A stretch of 37,483 nt of DNA from an uncultured Altererythrobacter sp. GTDB lineage: Bacteria; Pseudomonadota; Alphaproteobacteria; Sphingomonadales; Sphingomonadaceae. Below the pieces are notes generated by a model that saw only the letters and a list, made by a program, of their open reading frames with translations, did no database searches and was not told the DNA's origin. The stretch lies in assembly GCA_938009055.1 (NCBI GenBank), contig CALLIO010000108.1, positions 1 to 37,483 on the forward strand. The letters are read 5' to 3'. Below are positions 34,554-37,483 of this stretch, piece after piece. The position numbers and the translations under genes are program-made. Position 1 is the first letter of the stretch. Every line of letters starts with the position of its first letter.

Positions 34554-35024
34554 TTAGGCCTTTTTGCTCCGGGCCAAAAGCACGAAGATTGCAATCGCGC
34601 CTGCGCATGACACAAGGAAGTTCCAGCCAGCCAGCGACACGCCGAACAAATCCCATGGCGCTTCATCGCAGCGCACAATGGGTGCGTTCATAATCGCATC
34701 AAGCGGATCGCCGCCCGCATCCAAGGGCATGGCGCAACCAGTGATCCCTTCCCACCAGCCATATTCGACGCCTGCGTGGAAGAGCCCGATCAATCCTGAT
34801 GTGAAAATCGCTATTCCCGCCAATGCGATAAGCAAACGCTTGGGAGCCAAAGCGAAAGATAACAAGGCCAAGGCAAGAGCGGCGAAATGCGGCCAACGCT
34901 GCCACAAGCACATCTCGCATGGGAACAAGTCAAAGCCGTATTGCGAAATATATGCCCCGCCCAGCAATGCAGCAGGCAGAGCAAGCGCCAAAGCCTGCGC
35001 GCGTTTCAAGGCAGTATCGGTCAT
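34554..35024 (-). CDS. dsbB: Disulfide bond formation protein DsbB family
   Basis: PCEMCLWQR (CXXC), HAGVEYGWW, second Cys pair, SLAGWN. Confidence 0.9.
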   Translation of the reverse strand: MTDTALKRAQALALALPAALLGGAYISQYGFDLFPCEMCLWQRWPHFAALALALLSFALAPKRLLIALAGIAIFTSGLIGLFHAGVEYGWWEGITGCAMPLDAGGDPLDAIMNAPIVRCDEAPWDLFGVSLAGWNFLVSCAGAIAIFVLLARSKKA

Positions 35025-35042
35025 CCCCGCAGCTTTAGCGGA

Positions 35043-36380
35043 TCAATCGCGCAAAGCGACTGAGCTTGGCGTTGTCCGGCGCAAGGTTTCCATTGCGTAG
35101 AAAAGCTGGAAGTCCTCGACGCCTTGTTCTTTTAGCTCTTCAGCTGTCAGCTTGAAGCGCGGATCGTCGATCTTATCGCTTTCAAGCGCTTCATCTTCCA
35201 AGCCCAGCTCATTGACCAGATGGCCACGCAAATCAGATTCGCGCATCAGATATTTGTTGCGCTTGGCAAGGTCGGGATCGGACAATTGCGGCACAGTGAT
35301 ATCCGGCTTGATCCCGCCTTCCTGAACCGAATGGCCAGACGGCGTGTAATAGCGCGCTGTCGTCAGCTTCAAGGCAGCATCGCGGCCCAATGGCAGCAGC
35401 GATTGAACAGAACCCTTGCCGAAGCTCCGCTCGCCCATAATCAGTGCGCGGCGATGATCTTTCAATGCGCCTGCCACGATCTCAGAAGCAGAAGCTGAAC
35501 CTGCATCAATCAGCACAATCAGTGGGACGCCTGTGGCGATATCGCCGCGGAACATAGTCTCTGCATCATAAAGCAATGTCTCGCCCCGGGCCCGCCCGCG
35601 CTGCGATACGATCCGCCCTTTGTCGAGGAAGAGATCGGACAGAGCGACCGCTTCATCAAGCGATCCGCCTGGGTTCGAGCGCAAATCAAGCACGAGGCCA
35701 CTGACTCGCCCACTCGCTTCTTTCTTAATCTCTGTCCAAGCTGCAAACACGTCTGCGCCAACATCGCGCGAGAATTCATTGACAGTGATGACGCCAATAT
35801 TGCCTGCCTCAACTGTGTGCGTAACCGGCTCAAGCTCAATCACGCCGCGTGTGACTGCAACGTCAAATGGCTCTTCGCGGCCCGGACGAAACACTGTCAG
35901 ATTGATTGAAGTGCCTGCTTGGCCGCGCATCCGCGAAACGGCATCGTCCAGATCGCCGCCATAAATCAGATCGCCATCCAAATGCGTAATGTAGTCGCCA
36001 GCTTTCAAGCCAGCTTCTGCTGCTGGACTTCCGCGAAATGGCGAAATGATCTTCACTGCGCCATCGTCCATCACAACCGAGAGGCCAAGGCCGGAATAAT
36101 TGCCATCGATCATCGTCTCGAGCCGCTGCAAATCCGACCCATCGACAAAGGCGGAATGCGGATCGAGCGAGGATAGCATCCCGTCAATCGCGCCGCGGAT
36201 CAGTTTCTCATCCTCGACCGGCTCGACATAGCTCGCCTTGATTCGATTGTAAGTCGCATACAGCTTGGCAAATTCCGGCCCAGCGCGTGCATCGACCTGC
36301 GCCATGCTGGCTGTCGTCGCGGGGATCAGGGCAACGGCTGTCACCAACGCCGCGCTGCTTAAGAGGGGTGCGAGTTTCAT
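35043..36380 (-). CDS. ctpA: Carboxy-terminal processing protease, S41 family
   Basis: LDPHS, PDZ (GLGL), LDLRSNPGG, SASASEIVAGAL, SFGKGSVQ, TTARYYTPSG. Confidence 0.95.
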   Translation of the reverse strand: MKLAPLLSSAALVTAVALIPATTASMAQVDARAGPEFAKLYATYNRIKASYVEPVEDEKLIRGAIDGMLSSLDPHSAFVDGSDLQRLETMIDGNYSGLGLSVVMDDGAVKIISPFRGSPAAEAGLKAGDYITHLDGDLIYGGDLDDAVSRMRGQAGTSINLTVFRPGREEPFDVAVTRGVIELEPVTHTVEAGNIGVITVNEFSRDVGADVFAAWTEIKKEASGRVSGLVLDLRSNPGGSLDEAVALSDLFLDKGRIVSQRGRARGETLLYDAETMFRGDIATGVPLIVLIDAGSASASEIVAGALKDHRRALIMGERSFGKGSVQSLLPLGRDAALKLTTARYYTPSGHSVQEGGIKPDITVPQLSDPDLAKRNKYLMRESDLRGHLVNELGLEDEALESDKIDDPRFKLTAEELKEQGVEDFQLFYAMETLRRTTPSSVALRD

Positions 36381-36531
36381 TATCCGAGTGTGCTCCTGAT
36401 CTGTCTGAGGACGGATATATCGCGCATCGCCCCTTAACGCCAGATGAGAGGGTGACTGGCGTCTCTTGCTGGGTCAGATCGCGCCAAGGTCTTGCGATAT
36501 GTGCTTAACTTAAGCCCTCTAGAGGAATTTT

Positions 36532-37483
36532 CTACATGAATTCCAGTGGGTTGACGGGACTCCCATTGCGCCGCAATTCCAATGTCACGGCGGGATTTTC
36601 TTCCGCTGCCACGCCCAATGGGCTGCCGCGCGACAATTGCGTACCAGCTTCGACATCGCTTCGAGCAAGCCCTGTGATCAGACTGGTCCAGCCAGTGGCA
36701 TGCTCGATAATAACGATTCGCCCAAAGCCGCGATAAGGGCCAGAGAAGGCCACACGCCCGCCAGCCGGAGCTACAACTTGCGCGCCAGAGACAGGCGCAA
36801 TGACCAAGCCAGTTGAGCGCACGCCAGCCTCGCTTGTCTCGCCAAAACCAGTGATTGTCTTGCCTTCAACATGCAATTGGAGCGTTATCTGCCCGACATC
36901 TCGCGTTATCTGGGGGGTATCTCCAGTCGCAGCTGGAGTGGGTTGATCCGACACGCTGGCAGCGGCCGGTTGTGCAGGCCGGATCAATGGCCCGGGCAAT
37001 TTCGCCAACTCTTCGCGCAGCGCAGTTGTGGCGCCCAATTTGCCAACCAATTCATCGAGATCGCGCGCGTCCTCAGCCAAAGCCAAAGCTCGCTCATTCT
37101 CGCGCATGGCAATGCCGGATGCTTGCTGCGATGTGACTTGCTGGCGGCGCGAAACAGCAGCCAAGGCCGTGCGCCGTTGATCGAGCAATTGCTGATCGCC
37201 TTGCAATTTCGCAAGCTGGCCATTCATATTGCGCTCAAGCTGCTGGCCGCGCTGAATATCTTTGCGCAAATTGGCCGTTCTTGCGCGCACTTGCGGCACG
37301 GCGCTGTCCAAAATCGCACGCACATAAACCGTGTCTTTCAAGGAGCCTGAACGAAGCGCAGACAAAGCCAGCGGGCGGCGCGCCATATTCTGCAAAGCTG
37401 CCGTCAGCTTCACAAGCGGACGCTGGCGCTGAGCAAGGCGCGTGTTGAGCACGCGGCGCTCTTCGGAAATCAGCGTAACGCGC
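36532..37483 (-). CDS. envC: Murein hydrolase activator EnvC family (coiled coil plus degenerate M23); 5' end outside window
   Basis: Frame is open to the window edge; VVAPAGGRVAFSGPYRGFGRIVIIEH, ELRRNGSPVNP; upstream of ctpA. Confidence 0.85.
   Translation of the reverse strand, partial: RVTLISEERRVLNTRLAQRQRPLVKLTAALQNMARRPLALSALRSGSLKDTVYVRAILDSAVPQVRARTANLRKDIQRGQQLERNMNGQLAKLQGDQQLLDQRRTALAAVSRRQQVTSQQASGIAMRENERALALAEDARDLDELVGKLGATTALREELAKLPGPLIRPAQPAAASVSDQPTPAATGDTPQITRDVGQITLQLHVEGKTITGFGETSEAGVRSTGLVIAPVSGAQVVAPAGGRVAFSGPYRGFGRIVIIEHATGWTSLITGLARSDVEAGTQLSRGSPLGVAAEENPAVTLELRRNGSPVNPLEFM

Noticed and set aside
36640-36720. Missing Zn-binding HxH in the M23 domain
   Set aside because: Expected for EnvC-type non-catalytic activators.

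Overview
Alphaproteobacterial DNA, probably Sphingomonadales/Erythrobacteraceae (inferred from gene content and the envC-ctpA-dsbB-coq7 block at the right end). It has five parts. (1) 1-9140: an exopolysaccharide locus resembling Vibrio syp loci (export protein, co-polymerase, polymerase/ligase, three glycosyltransferases, flippase, WecB/TagA-priming transferase fusion), with back-to-back sigma54-type promoters and a TTCGCA-N3-TGCGAA enhancer-like array. (2) 9134-12281: a two-gene phosphorelay in which one partner has DHp-REC-Hpt but no ATPase domain. (3) 12590-22544, the best candidate for an undescribed system: a tricarboxylate (tricarballylate/aconitate-like) uptake and catabolism module. 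It encodes TcuA without TcuB, a ModA-fold lipoprotein resembling aconitate isomerase, a TctC-TM-LuxR one-component sensor, TctA, a TctC-TctB fusion and a TonB-dependent receptor, and a shared operator-like motif occurs in both divergent promoter regions. (4) 22790-29928: sterol desaturase plus membrane AraC, then a YadA-type adhesin divergent from a two-component system. (5) 29929-37483: a ugd 3' remnant marking a rearrangement junction, CapD-type dehydratase, UDP-glucuronate epimerase and core genes. No rRNA, tRNA, CRISPR, integrase or transposase was recognised. All family calls come from motif recognition by eye; no searches were run.
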